Source: Candidatus Ozemobacteraceae bacterium (GTDB taxonomy: Bacteria > Muiribacteriota > Ozemobacteria > Ozemobacterales > Ozemobacteraceae). From it: a DNA stretch of 56,992 nucleotides. Shown piece by piece: positions 1 to 9,275 of the stretch (its first letter is position 1; every line of letters begins with the position of its first letter). The DNA lies in NCBI GenBank assembly GCA_937998695.1, contig CALLCO010000118.1:1-56992 (forward strand), read 5' to 3'. The notes below the pieces were generated by a model. The model ran no database searches, was not told where the DNA came from, and saw nothing but the letters and a program-made list of their open reading frames with translations. The translations under genes and the position numbers were made by a program.

Positions 1-452
1 TGGGCAAAGCAGCGGAAGCCATCTTTCCCGGCAGCCAGGAAGACCGGGAACAGTGGATGGAAACGTGGTGTCATCGTTTGAAGCACGAGCAGACGGGTCC
101 ACGTAGTGTGGTTAAAGAGATGTCCCACCGGAAAAACAGCATGAAAGCCGGTGCCCAGGGAAGAAAGGTGGTGGAGGAGACCATTCAGTATTTCCGAAAC
201 AACCTCCATCGCATGCCCTATTCCCTCAATGTGGATGGTCAACGCCCCATTGGCTCGGGGGTGACGGAGGCCGCCTGCAAAGTCATCATCAAGCAACGTC
301 TCGGGTGTTCTGGAATGCGATGGAAGAAAGAGGGAGCGGGGGTCGTCATATCACTCCGCTGCCTCCACGAAACAGATGGCCGGTGGAACCAGTTCTGGGC
401 CAAGGCAATGGAGGTCGGGTTCCCTGATGGATGGACGAGTACATGTGAATGA
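1..452 (+). CDS. ISKra4-family transposase, C-terminal fragment (5' end outside window)
   Basis: Frame of ORF 57..452 stays open back to nt 3. The tail GSGVTEAACKVIIKQRLGCSGMRWKKEGAGVVISLRCLHETDGRWNQFW is the conserved C-terminus I associate with ISKra4-type transposases. Confidence 0.6.
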   Translation, partial: GKAAEAIFPGSQEDREQWMETWCHRLKHEQTGPRSVVKEMSHRKNSMKAGAQGRKVVEETIQYFRNNLHRMPYSLNVDGQRPIGSGVTEAACKVIIKQRLGCSGMRWKKEGAGVVISLRCLHETDGRWNQFWAKAMEVGFPDGWTSTCE

Positions 453-881
453 GATCGCACCCTTCAGAACTGGGTTGAGGCCTCGGGAAAAAAGCGGAGA
501 CTCTGGTCCGAAACGGGTATCTTCGTGGGCAACAACAGATGCTAAAATGGCAGCCACAGAGGCACCGAGAACACGAAGGAGGACTTTGGAGATGGCTCTG
601 TGACCTCCGTGTGGTCTGTGGCTTCCATTGGTTCCCATACGCAGTTTCGCCTCCCTTGTTGATCACGCCTCGGAAGGCCTGGCCACCGTGGTGCGGGCCT
701 CGGTCGACCGCCCGACCCTCTCGCCCACGCGCTCGGCCTGCCCGTGACCAGCTGGGTCCTGCTGGTGCAGACCGTCGGCCCCCTGCCCTGAGCAAAACGA
801 AGAGAGGGGCCGGCGCCATCGCGGCGGCGAGTTCTCCTCGCAAGGCTTGCCGCCGGTTTCCGCCAAAAACGGTCAGGGCCG

Positions 882-1334
882 TCAGGGCTGGGGAGGTGCG
901 GAGGCGTCGGGGGGGATCGGCTTCGCTTCCAGTTCAGCAATGACCTCGTCGAGATCCTGGCGGAGCGCCTTCAGGTCGTCGGTGCGGTGGTCGAGGACGA
1001 GGAACTGGAAGTTGGGGCGGCGGAACAATGGGCGGTCACGGAGCCCGGCCGGCAGAAAGACCCGGTCGATGAGCCAGTGGATCAGGTTTTGCAGGGGGCC
1101 GAACCGCACGGCCACGACGAGGGCGGGCACCAGGCCGGCCCACCAGGTGTCCAGACCCAACTGTTTCTCGAGAACATTCTCGAGCAGCGTCTCGACCCCT
1201 TTGTAGACGGCCGCCGTGCCGAACGTGAGCAGGGCGTAGAAGACGCCGATGCTCAGCACCACATCGAGGTCGAGCAACCGGTACCGCATGGTGGCGTACA
1301 TGACGATGAACGCTGGCTTGCCCGGGAAGGTCAT
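882..1334 (-). CDS. hypothetical membrane protein
   Basis: ORF 882..1583 trimmed to the Met at 1334 (MTFPGKPAFIVMY...), which forms an ATGA overlap with the nagB stop. Hydrophobic helices present; no family recognised. Confidence 0.4.
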   Translation of the reverse strand: MTFPGKPAFIVMYATMRYRLLDLDVVLSIGVFYALLTFGTAAVYKGVETLLENVLEKQLGLDTWWAGLVPALVVAVRFGPLQNLIHWLIDRVFLPAGLRDRPLFRRPNFQFLVLDHRTDDLKALRQDLDEVIAELEAKPIPPDASAPPQP

Positions 1335-2119
1335 TCCCAGCGTTGCCAGGGCGGCTTGTTCTCGTAGACCTCGCGGTAGTAGTCGCGATGCTGCAGCAGG
1401 GCGGCGGCGTCCTCGTCGACGATGGCGATGGCGTGCTCGTGGAACTGCAGGATGCTGGCCGGACAAGAGGCGGTGACCGGGCCCTCGACCATGTCGCGCA
1501 CCGCCTGCGCCTTGCCGCGGCCGAAGCCCAGCAGAAGGCAAAGGCGGGCCTCCATGATGGTGCCCAGCCCCATGGTCAGGCAATGGTGGGGGACCTTCGC
1601 CGGGTCACCGCCGAAGGGAGCGGCGTTGGCGCGACGGGTTTCCGTCCACAGGGTCTTGATGCGGGTGCGGGACCGGAAGGACGAGCCGGGTTCGTTGAAA
1701 GCGAGGTGGCCGTCCGAGCCGATGCCCAGAAGTTGCAGGTCGATCCCGCCGGCCGCCGCGATCCGGCGCTCATACTCGGCGCAGTGGTCGGGCACGTCGG
1801 TCGTCATGCCGTCGGGCAGGTGGGCCCGCTCGCGGGGCAGGTCGATGTGGCGGAAGAGGTGCTCCTCCATGACCGACCGGAACGAGCCGGGGTGGGCGGG
1901 ATCGAGGCCGACATACTCATCGAGGTTGAAGGTGGTGACGTCGCGGAAGGAAAGGCCTTCCTCGCGGTGCATCCGGACCAGCTCGCGATAGAGGGGAAGG
2001 GGCGAGGAACCCGTCGCCAGGCCCAGCACGGGGGCCGGGCGGGTCCGGATGATCCGGGCGATCAGGCGGGCGCCCAGGCGGCAGGCTTCATCCTGGGTGG
2101 GCTTGATGATGACTTCCAT
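1331..2119 (-). CDS. nagB: glucosamine-6-phosphate deaminase
   Basis: MEVIIKPT..GLATGSSP..TFNLDEYVGL..LLGIGSDGHLAFNEPGSS are NagB/6-phosphogluconolactonase-fold motifs. ORF trimmed from 2173 to the Met at 2119. Confidence 0.85.
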   Translation of the reverse strand: MEVIIKPTQDEACRLGARLIARIIRTRPAPVLGLATGSSPLPLYRELVRMHREEGLSFRDVTTFNLDEYVGLDPAHPGSFRSVMEEHLFRHIDLPRERAHLPDGMTTDVPDHCAEYERRIAAAGGIDLQLLGIGSDGHLAFNEPGSSFRSRTRIKTLWTETRRANAAPFGGDPAKVPHHCLTMGLGTIMEARLCLLLGFGRGKAQAVRDMVEGPVTASCPASILQFHEHAIAIVDEDAAALLQHRDYYREVYENKPPWQRWE

Positions 2120-3206
2120 GCGGCATCTCCTCCGGGGAATGGGCTGGGCGTATTGTATCACGCCGCGGCCCACGGCGGCCCCGGGGGCGGGCCTGACGGC
2201 CCGGTGCCGTCGGGCGGTCGGGGCTGGCTGGTCCGACCCGGGCGACAGGCGGATCGCCGGTTTCTTCCGAGCCGTGCCGCTCCATGATGTCGGCAGGCAA
2301 GCGCCGGATACCGGTCAGATCGGTCAGCCGGAGGGGCCACCAATGCTCGTTGCGGCGGATGAAGCTGACCAGGAAGCGGTCGCGCAATCGGATCTGGCTG
2401 CGGTGAGCGCGCAACGCGGCTTCCTTCGTTCGTACTGCCGCGGCTGAGGGCTCATAGGACACGGGGGGAGGGAATCCGGTGGGGACCAACAGCTCGCCGT
2501 CGGGCTGGTAGGCGAGCCGCCGCGGGAACCGGTACCGGGACCCCTGATGGACCAGATAGCCGCGCAGGTCTCCGGCGAACCCGTGTCGGGTGAGGGTCTC
2601 CCCCATCACCAGGGCGGTGGCGCGGTGATCGGCGTTGGAGTCGCGGGGGTGAGGCAGCAGGATGACGTCCGGCCGGCTGTGCGTCAACACCGCGTCGAGA
2701 TCGGCCTCGAGCCGATCACGGGAGAAGGGGTGAGGTGGTCGCCGTTGCCCTGCCCATTCGGCAATGCCGAACCGTTGGCGGGTGGCCCCGGAACGGATGA
2801 TCTCCTGAGGCCGGGTGGTGGTGGCCAACCGCCACAGCCGTTTGGTCGGGTAAGCCAGAAAGAATCGGCGCTCCGGCGGGATCCCCAGGTGACCGAGGGC
2901 GCGGTGGCCTTCCTCACGTCGCATCCGGCCCAGTTTGAGGAAATGGGTGGCCTTGAGGAACGGGCCCCGCGCCAGGCGGCTGGCCCGTACCGCTTTGGGA
3001 AAGTCTTCGCCATCGGTGAGCACCACCGCCCAGACTTCGGCCCCACTGGCGATGCGGTCGGCGATCCAGCCCCCGAGCGCGATCGCCTCGTCGTCGGGGT
3101 GCGGCGCGACGACCAGGATGCGCTCCGCCCACGCCGGACCCACCCCGCTCAGCAGGCAGGCGGCCAGCAGGGAGGCGGCGAGCATTGGCCAACGGTGAGC
3201 AGTCAT
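2088..3206 (-). CDS. PIG-L/LmbE-family deacetylase, secreted
   Basis: Signal-peptide-like N-terminus followed by ILVVAPHPDDEAIALGG (PIG-L motif). The low-complexity C-terminal tail overlaps the nagB start by 32 nt, so the 3' end is uncertain. Confidence 0.7.
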   Translation of the reverse strand: MTAHRWPMLAASLLAACLLSGVGPAWAERILVVAPHPDDEAIALGGWIADRIASGAEVWAVVLTDGEDFPKAVRASRLARGPFLKATHFLKLGRMRREEGHRALGHLGIPPERRFFLAYPTKRLWRLATTTRPQEIIRSGATRQRFGIAEWAGQRRPPHPFSRDRLEADLDAVLTHSRPDVILLPHPRDSNADHRATALVMGETLTRHGFAGDLRGYLVHQGSRYRFPRRLAYQPDGELLVPTGFPPPVSYEPSAAAVRTKEAALRAHRSQIRLRDRFLVSFIRRNEHWWPLRLTDLTGIRRLPADIMERHGSEETGDPPVARVGPASPDRPTAPGRQARPRGRRGPRRDTIRPAHSPEEMPHGSHHQAHPG

Positions 3207-3313
3207 GGCAAACCTCGTGGATCGTGGCCGGCCTCAGGGACCGGTCGCGGAGGGTGTGAAGATACAGGAATTGGCCCCCCCAGACAAGCCGGGACAGTCG
3301 TGACTCAGGGTCT

Positions 3314-3620
3314 TTGGAAACTCACGTGCTCTTCTGCATGGCCAGGGCCTTGAGCCGGTTTTGCCTCCAGATCCCATTCCGCCGGCTCGCATCGGTTGCC
3401 TCAGGCTCAGCTCGCATCGGCGTCCAACCTCGCAGAATGCCTGGGCGGTCCCCGCCAGCCATGGCGATCTGCGAGGCGCGGGCCGCCCGCGGCCCGGCCT
3501 GGGCGGCCCCGGCCATCCTGGCCTCGCGGGACGCCGATTCGGCGGGGCGGCCATCCGCCTCGCCTTCGGACCGATTCGGCCGGCTTCATGAGGATCTTCC
3601 GGCACATCCGGCCCAAGGTT
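3314..3620. repeat. dispersed intergenic repeat family 1, copy 1 (longest)
   Basis: Aligns by eye in the same orientation to 16291-16500 and 25442-25571. Example shared string: gccggttttgcctccagatcccattccgccggctcgcatcgg. Confidence 0.75.
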
Positions 3621-3756
3621 CCGGGATACTTTTCACCGTCTCTCAACCTTTCAAGCGCCGAGAATCAAATGACCCTGGTCGTGACTTGCTCCGGAGCATC
3701 GGGGATGGTAGCCTCAGGCCCGGAAGCCACCACCCCAGTCGGGAAAGGACGAACCC

Positions 3757-5214
3757 ATGTCGTACGACCATGATTCCGTCGGGACCGCCCCGGTTTCCGC
3801 CACCGTCCCAGCGGTCATCGCCGGCCCTGCGGCACGGAGCCCCTGGAGCTATGTGCCCACCCTCTATTTTGCCGAGGGGGTGCCGTACATCCTGATCAAC
3901 ACGGTGTCGGTCATTCTCTATACCCGGCTGGGGGTCGATACCGCGACCATGGCCTTCTGGACCAGCTGGCTCTACCTGCCCTGGGTCATCAAGATGTTCT
4001 GGGGGCCGCTGGTCGACGTGGTGTCCACCAAGCGCCGCTGGATCCTGGGCACCCAGCTCGCCCTGTTCGCCGTGTTCGCCTTCGTCGCCTTCTCGCTCGG
4101 CTGGGAGCATTTTTTTGCCGCCTCTCTGGCGGGGTTCATCACGGGGGCGTTCATTTCGGCCACCCACGACATCGCGGTTGACGGCTACTACATGCTCGCC
4201 CTCGACAAAGCCGACCAGGCCTTCTTCGTGGGCATCCGCTCCACCTTCTACCGCATCGCCATGATCTTCGGATCGGGCTTGCTGGTCTATACCGCGGGCA
4301 AGCTCGAACAGTTGCCGCCCGCCCCCGCCGGGGCCGCCGCCGAGGCGACGGCCGCCGCTCCGCTCGATGCGTATTCCCAGGTGTTGCGCTCGATCGTGAC
4401 CGCGATGGGGGCTGAGCCGGGCAACCGGGTCCAGGCGTGGATGCTCGTCTTCGGGGCGGTGGCCGTCCTGTTCCTGGGGATCGCCCTCTATCACGCCCTG
4501 ATGCTGCCCTTCCCGAAGGGTGACGGCGCGGCGCCGACCTCCAGCGAGGGGGGCTCGGGCGAGAAGGTGTCCTTTGCCGAGGCCATCGGATCGTACTTCC
4601 GGCAGCCGGGCATCGGCCGGATCCTCGCCTTCATCCTGCTCTACCGCTTCGGCGAAGCGATGCTGGTCAAGCTGGCCTCCCCCTTCCTGCTGGCCGATCC
4701 CGCGGCGGGAGGCCTTGGGCTGCAGACCGACGAGGTCGGGGTCGCCTATGGAACGATCGGGCTGCTGTCCCTGGTCGGTGGTGGCATCCTCGGTGGCATG
4801 GCCATCGCCCGGTTCGGCTTCCGCACATGCATCTGGCCGATGGCCTTCGCCATGAACGTGCCCGATGTCTTCTACGTGTTGATGGCCTACTACCATCCCC
4901 CGAAGGCGCTGGCCTACCTGCTGATCGCGATCGAGCAGTTCGGCTACGGGTTCGGGTTCACCGCCTTTACCGTCTACCTGATGTTCATCTGCGTGGGTCA
5001 GTACAAGACCTCGCATTTCGCCATCTCCACCGGCATCATGGCGCTCGGCATGATGTTGCCGGGGTTCATCAGCGGCTGGGTCCAGCAGGCGCTGGGCTAC
5101 CCTCGGTTCTTCATCTTCGTCTGCCTTTGCACCATTCCCGGCTTCCTGGTCATTCCGTTCATCTTGAAAGATCCCCGGATCGACGAGGGGGAAACCGCCG
5201 CCTGCGGGGGGTGA
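3757..5214 (+). CDS. MFS transporter, AmpG/muropeptide-permease-like
   Basis: Multi-TM protein. YFAEGVPYILINTVSVILYTRLGVDTATMAFWTSWLYLPWVIKMFWGPLVDVVSTKRRWILGTQ follows the AmpG-family N-terminal pattern. Confidence 0.75.
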   Translation: MSYDHDSVGTAPVSATVPAVIAGPAARSPWSYVPTLYFAEGVPYILINTVSVILYTRLGVDTATMAFWTSWLYLPWVIKMFWGPLVDVVSTKRRWILGTQLALFAVFAFVAFSLGWEHFFAASLAGFITGAFISATHDIAVDGYYMLALDKADQAFFVGIRSTFYRIAMIFGSGLLVYTAGKLEQLPPAPAGAAAEATAAAPLDAYSQVLRSIVTAMGAEPGNRVQAWMLVFGAVAVLFLGIALYHALMLPFPKGDGAAPTSSEGGSGEKVSFAEAIGSYFRQPGIGRILAFILLYRFGEAMLVKLASPFLLADPAAGGLGLQTDEVGVAYGTIGLLSLVGGGILGGMAIARFGFRTCIWPMAFAMNVPDVFYVLMAYYHPPKALAYLLIAIEQFGYGFGFTAFTVYLMFICVGQYKTSHFAISTGIMALGMMLPGFISGWVQQALGYPRFFIFVCLCTIPGFLVIPFILKDPRIDEGETAACGG

Positions 5215-5375
5215 GGGTGAGCCGTCCGGATCTGCCCTGCGCGTTTCCCTCCCCGTCCCCACCCTGAACCGCGTTCGGTCCCGATGGCCGGGTTGCCGGT
5301 GAGCGCCAGGAGCGGGTTGAATCGCCGGGCGAATTCTGGAATACTGAGGGAAAGCCCCGAACAACGGAGGAACCG

Positions 5376-5864
5376 ATGAGCATCAACGAAGGATTCACCT
5401 GCCCGGCGTGTCGCAAGCAGTTGCAAACCGTGCGCATTCGCGGGATCGAGCTGGAAGCCTGCACGGACGGCTGCGGCGGGATCTGGTTCGACGCGGCCGA
5501 ACTGTTTCGGCTCGACGAACCCGAAGAGGGGGAGGGCGACCCCGTTCTCGACAAGCTGCTAGCGCTGCCCCGCCAGGGCGCTGCCGGGCCATCGGGCGAA
5601 AAACGGCTCTGCATCAAGTGCGGGGCCAAGATGAAAAATCACGAGCACCGCGAGGGCTCGGGTATCTTCATCGACGAATGCTACGTTTGCGGCGGCATCT
5701 GGCTCGACGGAGGGGAACTGAAAGCCATCCGCGAGAATCCGGTCGTTCGTCAGTCGAACGAGGAGCGCACCCGCATGGCCCGTGATTTCTCACAAAAAGT
5801 GCAGGACGAGAAGAAGCGCCTCGAGGAAGCGGCCAAACGGCCGTTCCGCAAACCGGGACGGTAA
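5376..5864 (+). CDS. TFIIB-type zinc-ribbon protein (two zf-TFIIB-like modules)
   Basis: Two copies of CPxC...C..CGGIW(F/L)D (CPACRKQL..CTDGCGGIWFD; CIKCGAKM..CYVCGGIWLD). GGAGG lies 6 nt upstream of the ATG. Confidence 0.7.
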   Translation: MSINEGFTCPACRKQLQTVRIRGIELEACTDGCGGIWFDAAELFRLDEPEEGEGDPVLDKLLALPRQGAAGPSGEKRLCIKCGAKMKNHEHREGSGIFIDECYVCGGIWLDGGELKAIRENPVVRQSNEERTRMARDFSQKVQDEKKRLEEAAKRPFRKPGR

Positions 5865-6013
5865 GTGGGATCATCGGCGGGTGGCAGGCTAGTCTGGGGC
5901 AACCCGAGGGACTGCCTGCCCTGCCGCAGGTCGCGAACGAGGAGGTGACCGACCTTGCCACCTTCCTGCAGGCGGTTCGCCTGCCTGCCTGACTGACCCG
6001 AGGAGGAGTGCCG

Positions 6014-6403
6014 ATGTCGTTCCGCTTCAACCATTTCAATTTCAACGTGGCCGATCTCGACAAGAGCCTGGCCTTCTATCGCGAAGCCCTCGACCTGCAA
6101 GAGGTGCGCCGGTATTCGCCTCCCGACGGGGCGTTCACCCTCGTCTACCTGGGCGACCGGGCCACGTCCACGCAGCTCGAACTGACCTGGCTGCGCGAGC
6201 GCACCGAGCCCTACAACCTCGGTGACAACGAGTTTCACCTCGCGTTCGCGGTCGATGAGTTCGAGGCGGCCCGGGAACGCCATCGCCGGTTGGGCTGCAT
6301 CTGTTTCGAAAACGAAGCGATGGGCATCTACTTCATCGAGGATCCCGACGGGTACTGGATCGAGATCATCCCTGCCCGGCGAGGCCCGGTGCCCAAAAGC
6401 TGA
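6014..6403 (+). CDS. VOC-family protein (glyoxalase I-like)
   Basis: FNHFNFNVADLDKSLAFYREALDL...ELTW...FHLAF...YFIEDPDGYWIEII is the typical lactoylglutathione-lyase/VOC pattern. AGGAGGAG lies 5 nt upstream of ATG 6014. Confidence 0.75.
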   Translation: MSFRFNHFNFNVADLDKSLAFYREALDLQEVRRYSPPDGAFTLVYLGDRATSTQLELTWLRERTEPYNLGDNEFHLAFAVDEFEAARERHRRLGCICFENEAMGIYFIEDPDGYWIEIIPARRGPVPKS

Positions 6404-6661
6404 TTCCCACGGCGAGAAGGTGCCGAACCACACGGGCTCAGCCTTCCCCAGCCCGTTCCCGGGGCAGCCCGGAACCCTTCACTCGCCGGTCCGGGCCTTG
6501 ACCCGCCCGCCGATATAGGTTACCCTTGTCCATCGCCCTGTTCCGGTGTATCGACGTGAATGCCCACCGGGCCGTGCGGACCGGTCGTGACCGGCCCCCG
6601 CCAAGTTGATTTCACCGCCCGTGTTCCGGAGCATCGCGACATCCACCCCAGGGAGGCACCC

Positions 6662-7171
6662 ATGGAAACCGTCGCCAACGGACATCTCGTCACCGTTCAC
6701 TACACCGGTCGTCTCGATTCCGGGGAAGTGTTCGACTCCAGCGAAGACCGCGAGCCCCTCAAATTCGTCATCGGCCGGGGGACTGTCATTCCCGGGTTCG
6801 AGAACGGCATCATCGGGATGACCGTCGGGCAGCAGAAGAAAGTGGTCATTCCTCCCGCCGATGGCTACGGCGAGCGGAACGAGAAGAGCATGGTCCGCAT
6901 CGATCAGGCCCGCCTCGAAGGGCACGAGCTGAAGGTGGGCATGCACATGCAGGTGGAACTGTCTGATGGCAAACTGGCCATCGCGACGATCACCGCCATC
7001 GAGAACGGCAAGGTCACCCTCGATCTGAACCACCCTCTCGCCGGCCAGACCCTCACCTTCGACATCCGGCTGCTCGAGATCGCCGACGGCAGCACCTGGA
7101 AGGAAGATGACTGCTGCGGCGAGCATGATGGCCCCTGCTGCGGCGAGCACGGAGATTCCTGCTGCGGTTGA
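6662..7171 (+). CDS. slyD: FKBP-type peptidyl-prolyl isomerase, SlyD-like, with Cys-rich tail
   Basis: VTVHYTGRLDSGEVFDSS...PLKFVIGRGTVIPGFENGIIGM, an IF-domain insert, then NHPLAGQTLTFDIRLLEI. Tail is DDCCGEHDGPCCGEHGDSCCG. ORF trimmed to ATG 6662, which has a GGGAGG SD. Confidence 0.8.
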   Translation: METVANGHLVTVHYTGRLDSGEVFDSSEDREPLKFVIGRGTVIPGFENGIIGMTVGQQKKVVIPPADGYGERNEKSMVRIDQARLEGHELKVGMHMQVELSDGKLAIATITAIENGKVTLDLNHPLAGQTLTFDIRLLEIADGSTWKEDDCCGEHDGPCCGEHGDSCCG

Positions 7172-7192
7172 TCCCCCGGTCCTGATCAGGCT

Positions 7193-7225
7193 CCCCTCGC
7201 ATTCGTCATGCGGTGATGCGAGGGG
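7193..7225 (+). terminator. hairpin downstream of slyD (possible terminator)
   Basis: Perfect 10-bp stem cccctcgcat/atgcgagggg with a 13-nt loop. The T-run (gggttttt) comes only ~20 nt later. Confidence 0.3.
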
Positions 7226-7590
7226 GGGGCCGCTCTTCGCGGGTTTTTCCCTCCTGATGCCCTCACCATGATCCCCTCAGCGCGATCGGGGTCCATCCGA
7301 AGATGAAGAGGCCAGGCTGGTCGCCACATTACCCGCGCGAAGGGCCACGTTCCAAAAGGCTTTTTCCATGGGATTCTCCTGCAGCAGGCACTCGTCAGCG
7401 CGGGTCTTAAGGGGAGATGCTAGCACATTCTTGCGGAAGGAATGGAGCTTTCTGGGGGCCATTTCGGGGAGGAATTGCTCGATGCGTGGCAGGGGAACGG
7501 GGGGGCAGGCTGCCCTTGGTGTCGCCCGAAGCGCGGCAACCGAGAGGGCAAAAGACTATCGGCCTGGACGAATTCTCCAGGAAAAAGAAC

Positions 7591-7619
7591 TTGATCTGCA
7601 TACGGCGATCCATTAACAT
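7591..7619 (+). promoter_or_regulatory. sigma-70-like promoter candidate for the OFA transporter
   Basis: TTGATC-17 nt-TAACAT in a locally AT-rich stretch, 50 nt upstream of ATG 7669. Confidence 0.25.
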
Positions 7620-7668
7620 GCCGCTGCTGAGAAAAGTCTCACAAACTAATCGCACAGGAGCTTTTCCC

Positions 7669-9054
7669 ATGTCGGACCCCCCCCCTGAGGCTGCCGTTCC
7701 CAATCGTTGGATGGTCACCCTGATGGCCACCCTCTTGATGCTCCTGCTCGGGACCGTGTATGCCTGGAGCTTTTTCCAGAAGCCCCTGGTCGCGGCGTTT
7801 GGCTGGACCAACACCCAGGTGGCGGCCACGTTCAGCATTACCATCTTCGTCCTGGGCTTCGCTGCCTCATGGGGCGGACTGAACCTGCCCAAATACGGGC
7901 CGACCAGACTGGCCATTCTCGGGGGAGCACTCTTCGGCGTGAGTTACCTGCTGGCCGCCGGGGCCCTCTACATGAAGAACCTCTGGCTCCTGTACCTCGG
8001 CTACGGTCTGGTGGGTGGAGTCGGCCTGGGGATCGGGTATGTGACTCCGGTGGCCACCACGGCCAAATGGTTTCCCGATCGGAAAGGCCTGGTGAGTGGT
8101 ATCGTGATCATGGGGTTCGGGTTGGGCGCCCTCCTGATGTCCAAGATTCTCGGCCCCACCCTGATGAGTTGGTTCAACGGTGATCTGGTGAGCGTGTTCG
8201 CGACCCTGGGGGTCATCTTCCTGGTGCTCAGCGTGTTCTGCGGCTGGTTCCTGGTCAATCCGCCCGCGGGTTTCGTTCCCGCCGGGTACACGCCTCCCCC
8301 GGCGCCGGTCAATGCCGCTGGCCAGGAGATGGAGGAACCGCCTCTCATGTCGGCCATCACCTCCTCGAAAGCCATCCTGATGTGGCTCATCCTGTTCTTC
8401 AACGTGAGCGCGGGCATCGCCTTCCTCAGCTTTCAATCGCCCCTCATCCAGGATCTGTATCAGAAGACCGACAGCCAGTTCGCCGAGTACAAGGCCCTGA
8501 AAGAAAAGACGGACAAGACCCCCGAAGAAGCGGAAAAGCTTGCGTCGATGGTGGCCACCCTAGCCAGTTACGGGGCGTGGTTCATCGCCCTGACCTCTTT
8601 CTTCAACGGCGCCGGACGCCTGTTCTGGGCTTCCCTTTCCGACAAGCTTGGACGGCGGCCGGTCTATCAGATCATGTTCGGGACGCAGATACTGGCCTTC
8701 ATTCTTCTCGCGAATACCACCAGCCCTACGTTGTTCGCCATCCTTGGATGTTATGTCGTCAGTTGTCTGGGTGGCGGATTCGCCACCATGCCTCCGTTCG
8801 TCACGGAGGTGTTCGGACCCAAGCTCATGGCGAAGGTCTACGGATTCATCATGATTGCGTTCTCGTTCGCCGGAGTGGCTGGCTCGCAGATGGTTGCCGT
8901 CCTCACCGACCATTATCCGGCCGATGCCGGAATGTATTCCTTCTATGGCGGGATGGGTCTGGTCCTGTTGGGCCTGATCTGCACCCTGTTCCTCGATACC
9001 AGTCGGTTCACGATCGCCGAAAAGGCGACGGACGGGCAGAAGACGCTGGCCTAG
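7669..9054 (+). CDS. MFS transporter, oxalate/formate antiporter (OFA) family
   Basis: NRWMVTLMATLLMLLLGTVYAWSFFQKPLVAAFGWTNTQVAATFSI is the OFA-family N-terminal signature; 12-TM layout. ORF 7417.. trimmed to the Met at 7669. Confidence 0.75.
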   Translation: MSDPPPEAAVPNRWMVTLMATLLMLLLGTVYAWSFFQKPLVAAFGWTNTQVAATFSITIFVLGFAASWGGLNLPKYGPTRLAILGGALFGVSYLLAAGALYMKNLWLLYLGYGLVGGVGLGIGYVTPVATTAKWFPDRKGLVSGIVIMGFGLGALLMSKILGPTLMSWFNGDLVSVFATLGVIFLVLSVFCGWFLVNPPAGFVPAGYTPPPAPVNAAGQEMEEPPLMSAITSSKAILMWLILFFNVSAGIAFLSFQSPLIQDLYQKTDSQFAEYKALKEKTDKTPEEAEKLASMVATLASYGAWFIALTSFFNGAGRLFWASLSDKLGRRPVYQIMFGTQILAFILLANTTSPTLFAILGCYVVSCLGGGFATMPPFVTEVFGPKLMAKVYGFIMIAFSFAGVAGSQMVAVLTDHYPADAGMYSFYGGMGLVLLGLICTLFLDTSRFTIAEKATDGQKTLA

Positions 9055-9083
9055 CCAGCTTTCCCGCTTCGCTCCGCCGCCAC

Positions 9084-9139
9084 AGCGCCCTGGCAGGGAA
9101 GGGGGGGCATTCCCCGACCTGGGCCAGGGCGCTTGTTTT
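9084..9139 (+). terminator. intrinsic terminator candidate after the OFA gene
   Basis: Stem agcgccctgg/ccagggcgct enclosing an inner hairpin, followed by tgtttt. Confidence 0.45.
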
Positions 9140-9192
9140 GCGCCTCGAGCGAGTTGAAAAGTCCTGACCCGGCATGGTAAAATCTTCGTCGT

Positions 9193-9252
9193 ATCGGGGA
9201 TGGGGTCCCCCCTCGAGCGCCCGAAACGGCTGATGACTCCTACCGAACCTTC
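9193..9252 (+). promoter_or_regulatory. fluoride riboswitch (crcB RNA motif)
   Basis: GGGGAUGGGGUCCCCC...CGCCCGAAACGGCUGAUGACUCCUACC matches the remembered consensus GGCGAUGGnGUUCGCC...GCUnAUGAcUCCUACC. It sits 24 nt upstream of an operon that contains crcB. Confidence 0.8.
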
Positions 9253-9275
9253 CCTTACAGGCCGGAGGAGTGCGC

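Noticed and set aside
3234-3605. ORFs inside repeat family 1 (also 16258..16629 and 25449..25652).
   Set aside because: Several overlapping frames are open in each copy, and similarity between copies is at the nucleotide level with indels that break the frames. I therefore treat these as non-coding repeats.
3643-5364. 573-aa ORF antisense to the AmpG-type transporter. Similar long antisense or out-of-frame ORFs include 1343..2287, 9255..10472, 19073..20563, 29964..31271, 32702..34657, 38776..40284 and 54846..55904.
   Set aside because: They have Arg/Gly/Pro/Asp/His-rich low-complexity translations with no motifs, and each is fully overlapped by a motif-rich gene on the other strand or frame. 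This is the typical shadow-ORF artefact of very high GC DNA.
7277-7369. 30-aa minus-strand micro-ORF (MEKAFWNVALRAGNVATSLASSSSDGPRSR) with an AGGAGA SD.
   Set aside because: It is too short and has no supporting conservation signal available. It could equally be chance.
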